Assembly: GCA_965216755.1 (NCBI GenBank) | Contig: CBDCGL010000011.1 | Location: 3,475,482 to 3,539,481, forward strand | From: Alphaproteobacteria bacterium | GTDB taxonomy: Bacteria; Pseudomonadota; Alphaproteobacteria; UBA7887 | DNA length: 64,000 bases | Direction of reading: 5' to 3' | In this document: piece by piece, positions 10,356 to 18,912 of the stretch | Layout: every line of letters begins with the position of its first letter | Numbering within the stretch: position 1 is the stretch's first letter | Position numbers and translations under genes: made by a program | The notes under the pieces: generated by a model | What the model saw: only the letters and a program-made list of their open reading frames with translations | Told to the model about the DNA's origin: nothing | The model's database searches: none

Positions 10356-10373
10356 ATTGTACACATATGTACA
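10356..10373. promoter_or_regulatory. Perfect 7-bp inverted repeat TTGTACA-N4-TGTACAA, candidate MarR operator
   Basis: Seen directly, 25 bp upstream of the marR start in the marR/SnoaL-like divergent intergenic region. Confidence 0.4.
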
Positions 10374-10500
10374 ATCTGCCCACAGCAGTCGCGGCCCTTT
10401 GATTCGGCAAACTCGAAGCATGACGTCGATCTGTCAAGTCGTACGCCATGCCAGGTGTTGGCGGGTCTCGGTCGTGAAAGACAGAAGGACACACTTCGTT

Positions 10501-11013
10501 ATGTTCAAGGTTGCCAGTCAGAAAACAGAATCAACTGCAAAAGGCAGGGCCAGACGCCGCGTGTTGGCGGCGGCCGGTGCCTTGGTGGTGGCGCTGGTGC
10601 TCGCCGCCGGTGCGGGTACGAGGGATGCCATGGCACAAGATACTGACGCCAATGAAGCCGCTGTTCGGGATTTCGTCGCGGCGTGGTCGAATCTCGACGC
10701 GGAAGAGCTGGTCAGCTATTTCACCGACGACGGCACCTATCACAACATGATGTTGGAGCCGGTCTCTGGGAAAGACAATCTTGTCCAGTTTATTGATGGG
10801 TTCTTGTCGAATTGGACGCAAACCGATTGGGAAATGATCAATATTATGGCCAGCGGCGACCTGGTTTTCGCCGAACGCATGGATCGTACCAAGATCGGTG
10901 ATAAGTCAGTCGACCTCCCATGCGTGGGTGTGTTCGAGATGGAGAACGGCAAGATCAAGGTCTGGCGCGACTATTTCGATCTCGCCACCTACACCAGCGC
11001 CTTTGCCGAGTAA
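10501..11013 (+). CDS. SnoaL-like / limonene-1,2-epoxide hydrolase-like protein with Tat-type signal peptide
   Basis: About 170 aa; RARRRVLAAAG signal; NTF2-like fold sequence features (AVRDFVAAWSNLDAEELVSYFTDDGTYHN). Confidence 0.5.
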   Translation: MFKVASQKTESTAKGRARRRVLAAAGALVVALVLAAGAGTRDAMAQDTDANEAAVRDFVAAWSNLDAEELVSYFTDDGTYHNMMLEPVSGKDNLVQFIDGFLSNWTQTDWEMINIMASGDLVFAERMDRTKIGDKSVDLPCVGVFEMENGKIKVWRDYFDLATYTSAFAE

Positions 11014-11054
11014 GCGCAGCCAAGCGAGCGCCCGGCACGCGAGGGAATGATCCC

Positions 11055-11088
11055 CATGACGTGATCGCCCGTATATGATCACGTCATG
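11055..11088. promoter_or_regulatory. Perfect 12-bp inverted repeat (CATGACGTGATC-N10-GATCACGTCATG) overlapping the SRAP start codon
   Basis: Seen directly; the right arm contains the ATG of the 11086 gene. Confidence 0.4.
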
Positions 11089-11766
11089 TGCGGACGCTAC
11101 AGTTTCACCTCGCCGCCAGAGGCGGTGCGGCAGGTGTTTGCCTTTTCAGGGCCGCTGCCGAATTTCCCGCCGCGTTACAATGTCGCACCGACACAAGACG
11201 CGGCGGTCGTTCGGCTGGCGCCGGGCGACGACGGCCAAACAGGTGCCCGCGAACTCGCCCTGTTGCGCTGGGGCCTGGTACCGTCATGGTCGAAAGGGCC
11301 CGATCACCGCTACACGATGATCAACGCGCGCGCAGAGACGGTGGCCAGCAAGCCCGCCTATCGCGCGGCGTTCAAGGCGCGCCGTTGCTTGGTGCCGTCC
11401 GACGGCTTCTATGAATGGAAAAAAATTGGGGGCCGCAAGCAACCCTATCGGTTCCAAGTGGCCGACGCAGATGTCTTCGCCTTCGCCGGCCTGTGGGAAT
11501 TCTGGCAGCGGGGCGAGGACACGATTGAGTCATTTACGATTATTGTCACCGAGGCGAACGATTTGGTCTGCCCGGTGCATGATCGCATGCCGGTTATCCT
11601 GGCACCCGAAGACCACGAGTCGTGGCTGCACGCAAAGACGGCCGCCGCCGCGCACGCGTTGCTGAAGCCGTTTCCGGCCGAACGCATGACCTCGTACGCG
11701 GTCAGCGGTCACGTCAACAATGCCCGCCACGACGATCCAGAGTGCATCGCCCCGGCTTCCACATAG
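11086..11766 (+). CDS. SOS response-associated peptidase (SRAP/YedK family)
   Basis: N-terminal MCGRY catalytic Cys2 motif; 226 aa. Confidence 0.85.
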   Translation: MCGRYSFTSPPEAVRQVFAFSGPLPNFPPRYNVAPTQDAAVVRLAPGDDGQTGARELALLRWGLVPSWSKGPDHRYTMINARAETVASKPAYRAAFKARRCLVPSDGFYEWKKIGGRKQPYRFQVADADVFAFAGLWEFWQRGEDTIESFTIIVTEANDLVCPVHDRMPVILAPEDHESWLHAKTAAAAHALLKPFPAERMTSYAVSGHVNNARHDDPECIAPAST

Positions 11767-11836
11767 GCTGTACAGTGGTCGCCGCCGTGCGTCGCTCGCG
11801 GCGTGCGCGATCACGCCGATATGCTATGGTACGGTG

Positions 11837-12697
11837 ATGATGATAGAAGATCGATTTCAGCCCCGGCGCAGCTTGATTTTCGCGCCCGGCAATCGCCCCG
11901 ACATGTTTCCCAAGGCGTTAACGACCGGCGCCGACATCGTCTGTGTCGACTTGGAAGACGCGGTCGCGCCGCAGCACAAGGGCGACGCCCGCGATGCCAC
12001 ATTGGCGCTGTTCGACGCGCCGCAGGCCGACGATGGCATCGAACGCATCGTTCGGATCAACTGCTTGCGCGCGCGCGAAGGGGTGCGCGATGTCGGTGCA
12101 ATCTTGGATGCACCCAACGCGCCGCTGGCGCTGATGATGACCAAGGTCGCCTCCGCCGACGAAGTGCGCATGCTGGACGAATTGTTGACCGAAGCGGGAA
12201 AGGCGACCCGCCTGCACGTAATTATCGAAACCAACCCCGGCCTGGAGGCATCTATTGCGATTGCCCAGGCCAGCCCGCGCATTGACTCGATATTGTTCGG
12301 CGCCGTCGACATGGCCGCGGAACTGCGCACCGAGGTCTCTTGGGACACGTTGTTATACGCCCGTTCCCGCCTGGTTCACGCGGCGGCTTCCGCCGATGTC
12401 GATTTGATCGACGTGCCGTTCCTCGACCTTGATGATATGGCCGGCCTGGAGCGTGAAGCGCGCGCCAGCGCGGCTCTCGGCTTTACCGGCAAAGCGGCCA
12501 TCCATCCCAAGCAGATCGCGGTGATCAACGATTGCTTCAGCCCCGGCGCGGCCGCGGTCGATCGAGCAAGACGAATTGTCGCCGCGTTTGCAGAAGGCGA
12601 CAGTGGCCTGGTGCTGATCGACGGGAAGTTGATTGAAAAGCCTGTGCTGCGTTCCATGCAGCGAATCATCGCGATCGCCGACCGGATCAGTCGCTAG
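11837..12697 (+). CDS. HpcH/HpaI aldolase / citrate lyase beta subunit-like (CitE family) lyase
   Basis: IFAPGNRPDMFPKA...DIVCVDLEDAV motif typical of CitE/malyl-CoA lyase family; start at MMIEDR. Confidence 0.7.
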   Translation: MMIEDRFQPRRSLIFAPGNRPDMFPKALTTGADIVCVDLEDAVAPQHKGDARDATLALFDAPQADDGIERIVRINCLRAREGVRDVGAILDAPNAPLALMMTKVASADEVRMLDELLTEAGKATRLHVIIETNPGLEASIAIAQASPRIDSILFGAVDMAAELRTEVSWDTLLYARSRLVHAAASADVDLIDVPFLDLDDMAGLEREARASAALGFTGKAAIHPKQIAVINDCFSPGAAAVDRARRIVAAFAEGDSGLVLIDGKLIEKPVLRSMQRIIAIADRISR

Positions 12698-13262
12698 CGC
12701 TGCGCGCCAAGCCATAGAACACGTCATCGGCGCGCCAAAGGGTGATTGTGACATTGTCGCGGCGCGTCGTTTGTTCGCCGACCTTGGTCAGCGCCGGCGT
12801 CAAACGCGTCGCATAGAGCGTGTCGACAACACCGGTCGCCGTATCCCGCAGCTTCACTTGCGCGGCGATGCCGCCCTGGATCGAGCAATAGCGGCCGCCA
12901 ATCAGCTGATAGCCGGAAAGCACATGCGCCGGTGGTTCGATGACAAAGTCGAGCCGATCAAGCGCGGTTTGCAGATCGGCGAACGCGTCGGTTTCAAACT
13001 CCACGGCCAAGGATTTGCCGTGGTTCATGGCGATTTCCGCCAAGACCCCCTGGGTTGTGACCCGCATATGGCTGTAGGTATGAAACACGGCGAACCCAAG
13101 CAGCAGAGCCGCCGCAACAGCGGACAGGCGCACATACCAGACCCGGTTGGGCGTTGCCTGGCGGGGCGGCCGCTGCGCCGCGTTCAATATTTCGGTGATT
13201 CGCCCATCGGACAACGACTGATCGCCGTAGTAATCGCGCACCAATTTGTCCAGATCACTCAT
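12687..13262 (-). CDS. Putative membrane anti-sigma factor
   Basis: 191 aa, cytoplasmic N-terminus, single TM (LSAVAAALLLGFAVF), periplasmic C-domain; immediately downstream of and overlapping the ECF sigma factor gene. Confidence 0.4.
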   Translation of the reverse strand: MSDLDKLVRDYYGDQSLSDGRITEILNAAQRPPRQATPNRVWYVRLSAVAAALLLGFAVFHTYSHMRVTTQGVLAEIAMNHGKSLAVEFETDAFADLQTALDRLDFVIEPPAHVLSGYQLIGGRYCSIQGGIAAQVKLRDTATGVVDTLYATRLTPALTKVGEQTTRRDNVTITLWRADDVFYGLARSASD

Positions 13263-13753
13263 CGGTCCAAACCTCCGACTTTGCGCTTCGCCGCGTTTGC
13301 AGCGTCGCCGCCCAGCGCGGCGCGCAATTTTGCTTTTGCCCGGTGCACCAAGCTCAACACCGTGCCGCGCGCGCTGTCGGTCAGGTCCGCGACCTCTTGG
13401 GCCGTGTAACCCTCGACGACGGTCAAGAACAGCGCCTCGCGTTCGACCGGCCGTAAGGCGCCGAGCGGGCCGGCCAGGTCGCGCGGCAAAATCCGTTCAT
13501 CCAGCGGCGCGGCCGGATCCGCGGCTTCGGGCGCGCAGTCCAGGTTTTCGAACACGACCAGGCGGTTGCGTCGGTGCTGATCCAAAAAAAGCCTTCGAAT
13601 GGTGACGAACATCTCCGGCTTGGTTGGCGCCATGGCGGCGCGCCGATAGAGCCGGCACCACGCTTCTTGAACAAGATCTTCGGCGTCCGCACGGGTCGCG
13701 CGCAAAGACAAGGCATAGCGAAATCCGGCCTGCAAAAGCGCTCGTTCATCCAT
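13259..13753 (-). CDS. RNA polymerase ECF-type sigma-70 factor
   Basis: Region 2 (DLVQEAWCRLYRR...FLDQHRRN) and region 4 HTH (YTAQEVADLTDSARGTVLSLVHRAKAKLR); start at MDERALL. Confidence 0.75.
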   Translation of the reverse strand: MDERALLQAGFRYALSLRATRADAEDLVQEAWCRLYRRAAMAPTKPEMFVTIRRLFLDQHRRNRLVVFENLDCAPEAADPAAPLDERILPRDLAGPLGALRPVEREALFLTVVEGYTAQEVADLTDSARGTVLSLVHRAKAKLRAALGGDAANAAKRKVGGLDR

Positions 13754-14016
13754 GGGTCGTCGACATACTCCGCACACCTGGGTTGGCCGCTTATGATAGA
13801 CGCAAAATCGACGGCGTTTCTTGCGCACACGCGTGCATATGCGAACGGTTGACCGTGCCGGTCCCGTTTTAGATACGAAACACTGCGGCATTTGATTGCA
13901 GGAACGCGTGAAACGTGACGAACGGGGCTGTTTTCGAGTAGGTATTTGGCGCGGGCGGCGCCGCCGCCGACGGATTCTCGCCGACGACGCGTTCGATTGG
14001 AGCTCGCTCTTGCGCC

Positions 14017-15192
14017 ATGCCGGTCTTGCTGCTGATAGCCTTTATCGATTTGGTCGGCTTCGGCGTGGTCATCCCGCTTTTGCCGTTCTATGCCGAGCAT
14101 TTCGGCGCGCCGCCCCACGTGGTGACGTTGCTGATGGCGGTTTATTCGTTCATGCAGTTCTTGTCGGCGCCGATTTTGGGCACCATCAGCGATCGCTATG
14201 GCCGCAAGCCGGTGATCGTGCTGTCGCTTGCCGGGACCGTCTTGGCCTACATTTTTGCGGCCTTCGCCAGTTCCTTGGCGGCTTTGTTCGCGGCGCGCGC
14301 ACTGGCCGGGTTGCTGGCCGGCAATATTTCTGCGGCTCAGGCCTATATCGCCGACATCACGGCGCCTGAGGATCGCGCGCGCGGTATGGGTTTGTTCGGC
14401 GCGGCGGTCGGGCTGGGTTTCATCTTTGGGCCGTTGATCGGCGGGCTGTTGACCGGCAGTGACCCGGCCAATGTCGACTTTCGCTTGCCGATGCTGGTCG
14501 CGGCCGGGCTTTCGGCCGTGGCCCTGGTAATGGCGGTGGTCATCCTGCGCGACCCGGCGCGCCGCCGCGATGGTGCGCAAGGGCCGCGGCGACCGGCCTG
14601 GTTTCGGCCGATCATTGCTGCGTTGTCGCGCCCCGACTTGTCGTTATTGGTGGTTATTTTCTTCCTGGTCATGCTGTCGTTTGCCGGCATGGAATCGACC
14701 TTCGCCTTGTGGTCTGAGCGTCAGTTGGGCTGGGGGCCCCGACAAGTTGGCCTGTTGTTCACATATTTGGGCGTGGTGGCAGTGATCATTCAGGGCGGCT
14801 TGATCGGCCGCCTGACGCGCGCGTTCGGCGAAGAGCGGATTCTGCTGGCCGGCGTCGGTACCTTGATCGCCGGATTTGTCACGCTGCCTGCGGCGACGAC
14901 ACTGACCGCGACTATGATCGCCGCCGGCCTGTTGGCGGCCGGCTATGCCCTGGCCAACCCCAGCTTGCACAGCTTACTTTCGCGGCGCGCGGGCGGCGAT
15001 GTCCAAGGCGCGACGTTGGGTGTTGCACAGGCTGCGGGCAGCTTGTCGCGCTGTATTGCCCCGGCGTTGGCGGGGGCGGTATTCAGCGCTTGGGGTCGTG
15101 CGTGGCCCTATTATGTCGGTACGGTGCTGCTGCTGATGGCGTGTGTGGGCGTTTGGCGGCTGATGCGCAATGGCGCGGTTGAAGCCCGTTAG
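14017..15192 (+). CDS. MFS transporter (TCR/Tet-like family)
   Basis: 391 aa, 12 predicted TM; MFS motif GTISDRYGRKP. Confidence 0.8.
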   Translation: MPVLLLIAFIDLVGFGVVIPLLPFYAEHFGAPPHVVTLLMAVYSFMQFLSAPILGTISDRYGRKPVIVLSLAGTVLAYIFAAFASSLAALFAARALAGLLAGNISAAQAYIADITAPEDRARGMGLFGAAVGLGFIFGPLIGGLLTGSDPANVDFRLPMLVAAGLSAVALVMAVVILRDPARRRDGAQGPRRPAWFRPIIAALSRPDLSLLVVIFFLVMLSFAGMESTFALWSERQLGWGPRQVGLLFTYLGVVAVIIQGGLIGRLTRAFGEERILLAGVGTLIAGFVTLPAATTLTATMIAAGLLAAGYALANPSLHSLLSRRAGGDVQGATLGVAQAAGSLSRCIAPALAGAVFSAWGRAWPYYVGTVLLLMACVGVWRLMRNGAVEAR

Positions 15193-15198
15193 CGCGGG

Positions 15199-16191
15199 TC
15201 ACTTCTGGTCCAAGAACGCCATCCAATTCTTATCGAAGCCGGATGGCAGCGGTGCCCGTGGTGCTTCGATCCACGCGGCGATGTCGGTCAGGACCCGATC
15301 GGCCTGCAAGTCGCGGGTCAGCATGTGATAGCCATCCGGATACACCGCCACCCGGTGGTGACCGTTCAAACGATCCAACATGCGTGCCGTGGGGGCTTTG
15401 GGAATGATCTCGTCGCGGGCGCCATAAAGGACCAGCAAGGGCGCATCGATATGGGGCGCCGCGGCCAACGCGGCGTCCATCATGTTGACCACGCCATAGA
15501 TCGCCTCGATGCGGGTTTCCTTGATCACCAACGGGTCGGCGGACAAGGCGCGCAGCATTTCGATATTGTCCGACGGCGTGATCTTCAGGCCGCGGCCGGT
15601 GACACTCAGCCACGGCACGGTATGGGCGCCTAGCCATAAGGCGGCGCGATAAAACGGGTTCATGGTCTCGCGTCCCCACACAGCCGGGGCAATGAGCACT
15701 GCGCCCGCGACGTTGGGTAGCCTGCGATGGGCAAGCGCCGTCATCACCACCGCACCGCCCATGCTTTCGCCGAGCAAATAAAGCGGCACATCTGGATGGC
15801 GCGCGCGCACCGTCGCGACCATTTGCACGAGATCATCGACCATGGTCTCGACCCCAGCCCAATAGCCGGCCAGGTTGGTGGCGCCGAAGCCGCGCTGGTC
15901 GTAGGCGTAGACTTGGATGCCGGCGTTGGCCAACACGGTTCCCGGTTGGGCAAACGCGTTGCTGTAGTCGTTAAAGCCATGCACGGCGATTACCACCGCG
16001 CGCGGATTGACGGCTGTGGCCTGCCAATGGCGCAGCGGCAGACTGGTGCCGTCGGCGGCGATCAGTTCCGTGCCGTTCAGCGCCGGTGGTGCCAGCGCTG
16101 GACCGGCGTGATAGACACCCGGTGCGCAGGCAGCAAACCAGAGACAGGCCGCGATGGCGATGACCTGGCGCATGGGATTTCGAACCCTCAT
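15199..16191 (-). CDS. Alpha/beta hydrolase (lysophospholipase/monoacylglycerol lipase-like), lipoprotein signal
   Basis: HGFNDYS oxyanion region, GESMGG nucleophile elbow; N-terminal LWFAAC lipobox-like signal. Confidence 0.7.
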   Translation of the reverse strand: MRVRNPMRQVIAIAACLWFAACAPGVYHAGPALAPPALNGTELIAADGTSLPLRHWQATAVNPRAVVIAVHGFNDYSNAFAQPGTVLANAGIQVYAYDQRGFGATNLAGYWAGVETMVDDLVQMVATVRARHPDVPLYLLGESMGGAVVMTALAHRRLPNVAGAVLIAPAVWGRETMNPFYRAALWLGAHTVPWLSVTGRGLKITPSDNIEMLRALSADPLVIKETRIEAIYGVVNMMDAALAAAPHIDAPLLVLYGARDEIIPKAPTARMLDRLNGHHRVAVYPDGYHMLTRDLQADRVLTDIAAWIEAPRAPLPSGFDKNWMAFLDQK

Positions 16192-16256
16192 CCTCTATAA
16201 ATCGTCCTATCTTCCGCCTTTTGCCAGTCCTTCTGTTTTGTGAGCCGAGCCGAACG

Positions 16257-17102
16257 ATGAGCTATCGCGATCACGTCCGCAGGTGCAACCAATGGCAGAC
16301 GGCGCAATTCATGCCGTTCGATGTGGCTGGTCGTCACGTGGGTTGGTTTCGCCGCGATTGGCTGGACCATATCACCGGCTTCACCGAGATTTTGTCGGTC
16401 AGCGCGGATCGCTTGCGATTGAGCGATCGCCTCGACGGGCCGGCGGCGCGGACCGCCGCCATGCGCCAGGTGGTGCGCGCGTTGACCGATCGCGGGCTGA
16501 CTCTGCCCTGGCGCGACGAACCCTATCCGGTCGGGACTCGCTTTGGCGAGAATCTGTTCGAGATCGAACGCGCCGGGGCGCCGGGATTCGGCATTCGGGC
16601 CTATGGCATTCACGTTAACGGCTATGTTCGCCGCGACGATGAAATATCGATGTGGATTCCGCGCCGGGCCGCCGACCGGGCGGTGGCGCCGGGCAAGCTC
16701 GACAATATGATTGCTGGCGGCCAGCCGGCCGGGCTCGGCTTGATGGAAAACCTGATCAAGGAAGCCGATGAGGAAGCGTCGGTGTCGTCGAATCTGGCAT
16801 GCCGTGCACGACCGGTCGGCGCGCTCGGCTATCGCATGGCGGTCGACCAGGGTCTACGCGTCGATGTGCTATTCCTTTTTGATTTGGAATTGCCGGCGGA
16901 TTTTGTTCCCGCCGCGCGCGACGGCGAGGTCGAGGACTTTCGCCTACTGCCGATCTCCGAGGTCATGGCAATCGTCGATCAGAGCGACGATTTCAAGTTC
17001 AACTGCAATCTGGTGCTGATCGATTTCTTCGTTCGCCACGGCCTGATCGGCCCCGACCATCCGGACTATCTGGAGCTGATCGCCGGTTTGCGGATTTGCT
17101 GA
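16257..17102 (+). CDS. NUDIX hydrolase with N-terminal DUF4743-like domain
   Basis: Nudix box GGQPAGLGLMENLIKEADEEASV. Confidence 0.65.
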   Translation: MSYRDHVRRCNQWQTAQFMPFDVAGRHVGWFRRDWLDHITGFTEILSVSADRLRLSDRLDGPAARTAAMRQVVRALTDRGLTLPWRDEPYPVGTRFGENLFEIERAGAPGFGIRAYGIHVNGYVRRDDEISMWIPRRAADRAVAPGKLDNMIAGGQPAGLGLMENLIKEADEEASVSSNLACRARPVGALGYRMAVDQGLRVDVLFLFDLELPADFVPAARDGEVEDFRLLPISEVMAIVDQSDDFKFNCNLVLIDFFVRHGLIGPDHPDYLELIAGLRIC

Positions 17103-17173
17103 CGGGCGCACCATGAAGCGCACCGCAAAAATGACTCGCCGCGACATGCCGCTATACTCGCCGCCATCGCACA

Positions 17174-17854
17174 ATGGCGAAGAGAAGGAGCGGCGTCATG
17201 TCCGATCGCGACCTCAACAAAACCGACCTGTCGCGCGCCAAGCGCTTGCATGAACGCGCCAGCTATGACCGCGAGACGGCCTACGCGATTATCGACGCAA
17301 CACCGCTTTGCCACGTCGCTTACGTGGTTGATGGCCGGCCGGTCGTCACGCCGACATTTCAATGGCGCGAAGACGATCGCATCTATTGGCATGGCTCGTC
17401 CGCCAGCCGCATGCTGCGGCGCGCCGCCGCCAATCCCGTTTGCGTTACGGTAACGCTCTTTGATGGGTTGGTGCTGGCCCGCTCAGCCTTCCATCATTCC
17501 GCCAACTACCGTTCGGTGATGCTGTTTGGTGTCGCCGAAAAGATCGAGGGCGATGAAAAGATCATGCGCCTTCGGAATTTTGTCGAGGGGCTCTATCCGG
17601 GCCGCTGGGACGGTCTGCGGCCGATGACGGACCAGGAACTGAAAGCGACCGCCCTGTTGTCCATGCCGATCGATGAAGGGGCGGCCAAGATCCGTACCGG
17701 TCAGCCGGTCGACGACGAAGAAGATTATGCCCTGCTGATTTGGTCTGGTGTCATTCCGTTGCACACCCAGGTCGACGCCGCCGTTGCCGACCCGCGCAAT
17801 CTGGACGGAGTCGCCGTGCCGGACTACGTGGCCAATATCAAGATTGGTGGGTAG
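17174..17854 (+). CDS. Pyridoxamine 5'-phosphate oxidase-family FMN-binding protein
   Basis: PNPOx-like split-barrel sequence features (HVAYVVDGRPVVTPTFQWRED...YWHGS). Confidence 0.55.
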   Translation: MAKRRSGVMSDRDLNKTDLSRAKRLHERASYDRETAYAIIDATPLCHVAYVVDGRPVVTPTFQWREDDRIYWHGSSASRMLRRAAANPVCVTVTLFDGLVLARSAFHHSANYRSVMLFGVAEKIEGDEKIMRLRNFVEGLYPGRWDGLRPMTDQELKATALLSMPIDEGAAKIRTGQPVDDEEDYALLIWSGVIPLHTQVDAAVADPRNLDGVAVPDYVANIKIGG

Positions 17855-17859
17855 GCGCC

Positions 17860-18801
17860 TTACAGAACGACCGTGCCGTCGGTGACCAGATCTTCAAGCG
17901 TTCCGCCCAAACCAGTCACGCCTTCAAGAACCGCGACCTGGGTGAACGCACCACCGGCGCTGCCATCACCGTTGACAAGAACGTCGGTATTGCCGGCGCC
18001 GTCGTCACGCAACACAACGAAATCGCCGGCATTGGTCGGATCGCCATCATAGCCGGTAATCAGATCCGACAGCGCCAATTGGTCCTCGGCCAGGGTGAAA
18101 TCGGTGATGAAGTCGGGGCCGACAGGCACATCGATGACAAACCGATCGGCGCCGCCATTACCGGTGAGCACATCGGCGCCACCGCCTCCGCGCAAAACAT
18201 CGGCGCCGGAGCCGCCGATCAAGCTGTCGGCGTCGGGCGTTCCCGAAATCACCAAGCCGCCTGGCGCGGCTTCGTCGCCAGGCGGTGTCTCTGGCGCGGT
18301 CAAGAACGGGTCCTCCGATTCGGTGACCGCGCGCGCCACGGCAGCGGTCGTGGCCTCGGGCGCCGGGGCCAGGTCGCCGCCGTCGGGCAAGGCCAGGTCG
18401 ATATGATCCGCGTCCAAGGGATCGAGGGTCACGCTGCCGTCACTGCCGGTGCCGTCATCGCCGATCGCCACGGGTTCCAGCTCCGGCCCCGCCGCCGTGG
18501 CCAGCAAATCATCCAGCGAGGCGATGACCGATGCCGTTTCCCCGGTGCCGAGCGCGATCTCGAACGGCGCGCCGCCTTCGAACAAGGCCGCGCCGCCTTC
18601 CAAGCGCACGGTACCATCGGCAAACATGATCGTGACATCGCCACCGTCGGCGATTAAATCGGCAGCAATCAAGCCGGCCGCGTTGGCGCCCATCACCGTG
18701 ACACGTTGGCCCGGTTCTACGACCACAGTGGTGATCGGTGGCACCTGATACGTCGCGATGACAGCGTCGGTGCGGATGTCGACAATTTGGAGTGTGGCCA
18801 T
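17860..18801 (-). CDS. Calcium-binding RTX (hemolysin-type repeat) protein
   Basis: Tandem GGXGXD nonapeptides (GGSGADVLRGGGGADVLTGNGGADRF); no N-terminal signal peptide, consistent with a T1SS substrate; start at MATLQIV. Confidence 0.7.
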   Translation of the reverse strand: MATLQIVDIRTDAVIATYQVPPITTVVVEPGQRVTVMGANAAGLIAADLIADGGDVTIMFADGTVRLEGGAALFEGGAPFEIALGTGETASVIASLDDLLATAAGPELEPVAIGDDGTGSDGSVTLDPLDADHIDLALPDGGDLAPAPEATTAAVARAVTESEDPFLTAPETPPGDEAAPGGLVISGTPDADSLIGGSGADVLRGGGGADVLTGNGGADRFVIDVPVGPDFITDFTLAEDQLALSDLITGYDGDPTNAGDFVVLRDDGAGNTDVLVNGDGSAGGAFTQVAVLEGVTGLGGTLEDLVTDGTVVL

Positions 18802-18912
18802 GGTATGGGTCCAACCGCGCGCGCTCGACGCGCCGTCCTTCACATCTATTCGAAACACCTCATCATTTGGAAATAGCCCAAGCGCCAGGTCGGACCAGGG
18901 TCGGACACTGCT

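Noticed and set aside
13754-14016. ECF-type promoter (GGAAC-N16-ACGG) upstream of the MFS gene
   Set aside because: The GGAAC match is present, but the -10 element is a poor match to CGTT consensus and the orientation favours the MFS gene rather than autoregulation of the sigma factor. Too weak to call.
17740-18657. 305-aa plus-strand ORF opposite the RTX gene
   Set aside because: Antisense to the glycine-rich repeat gene; translation dominated by G/A/R/I repeats that mirror the RTX repeats.
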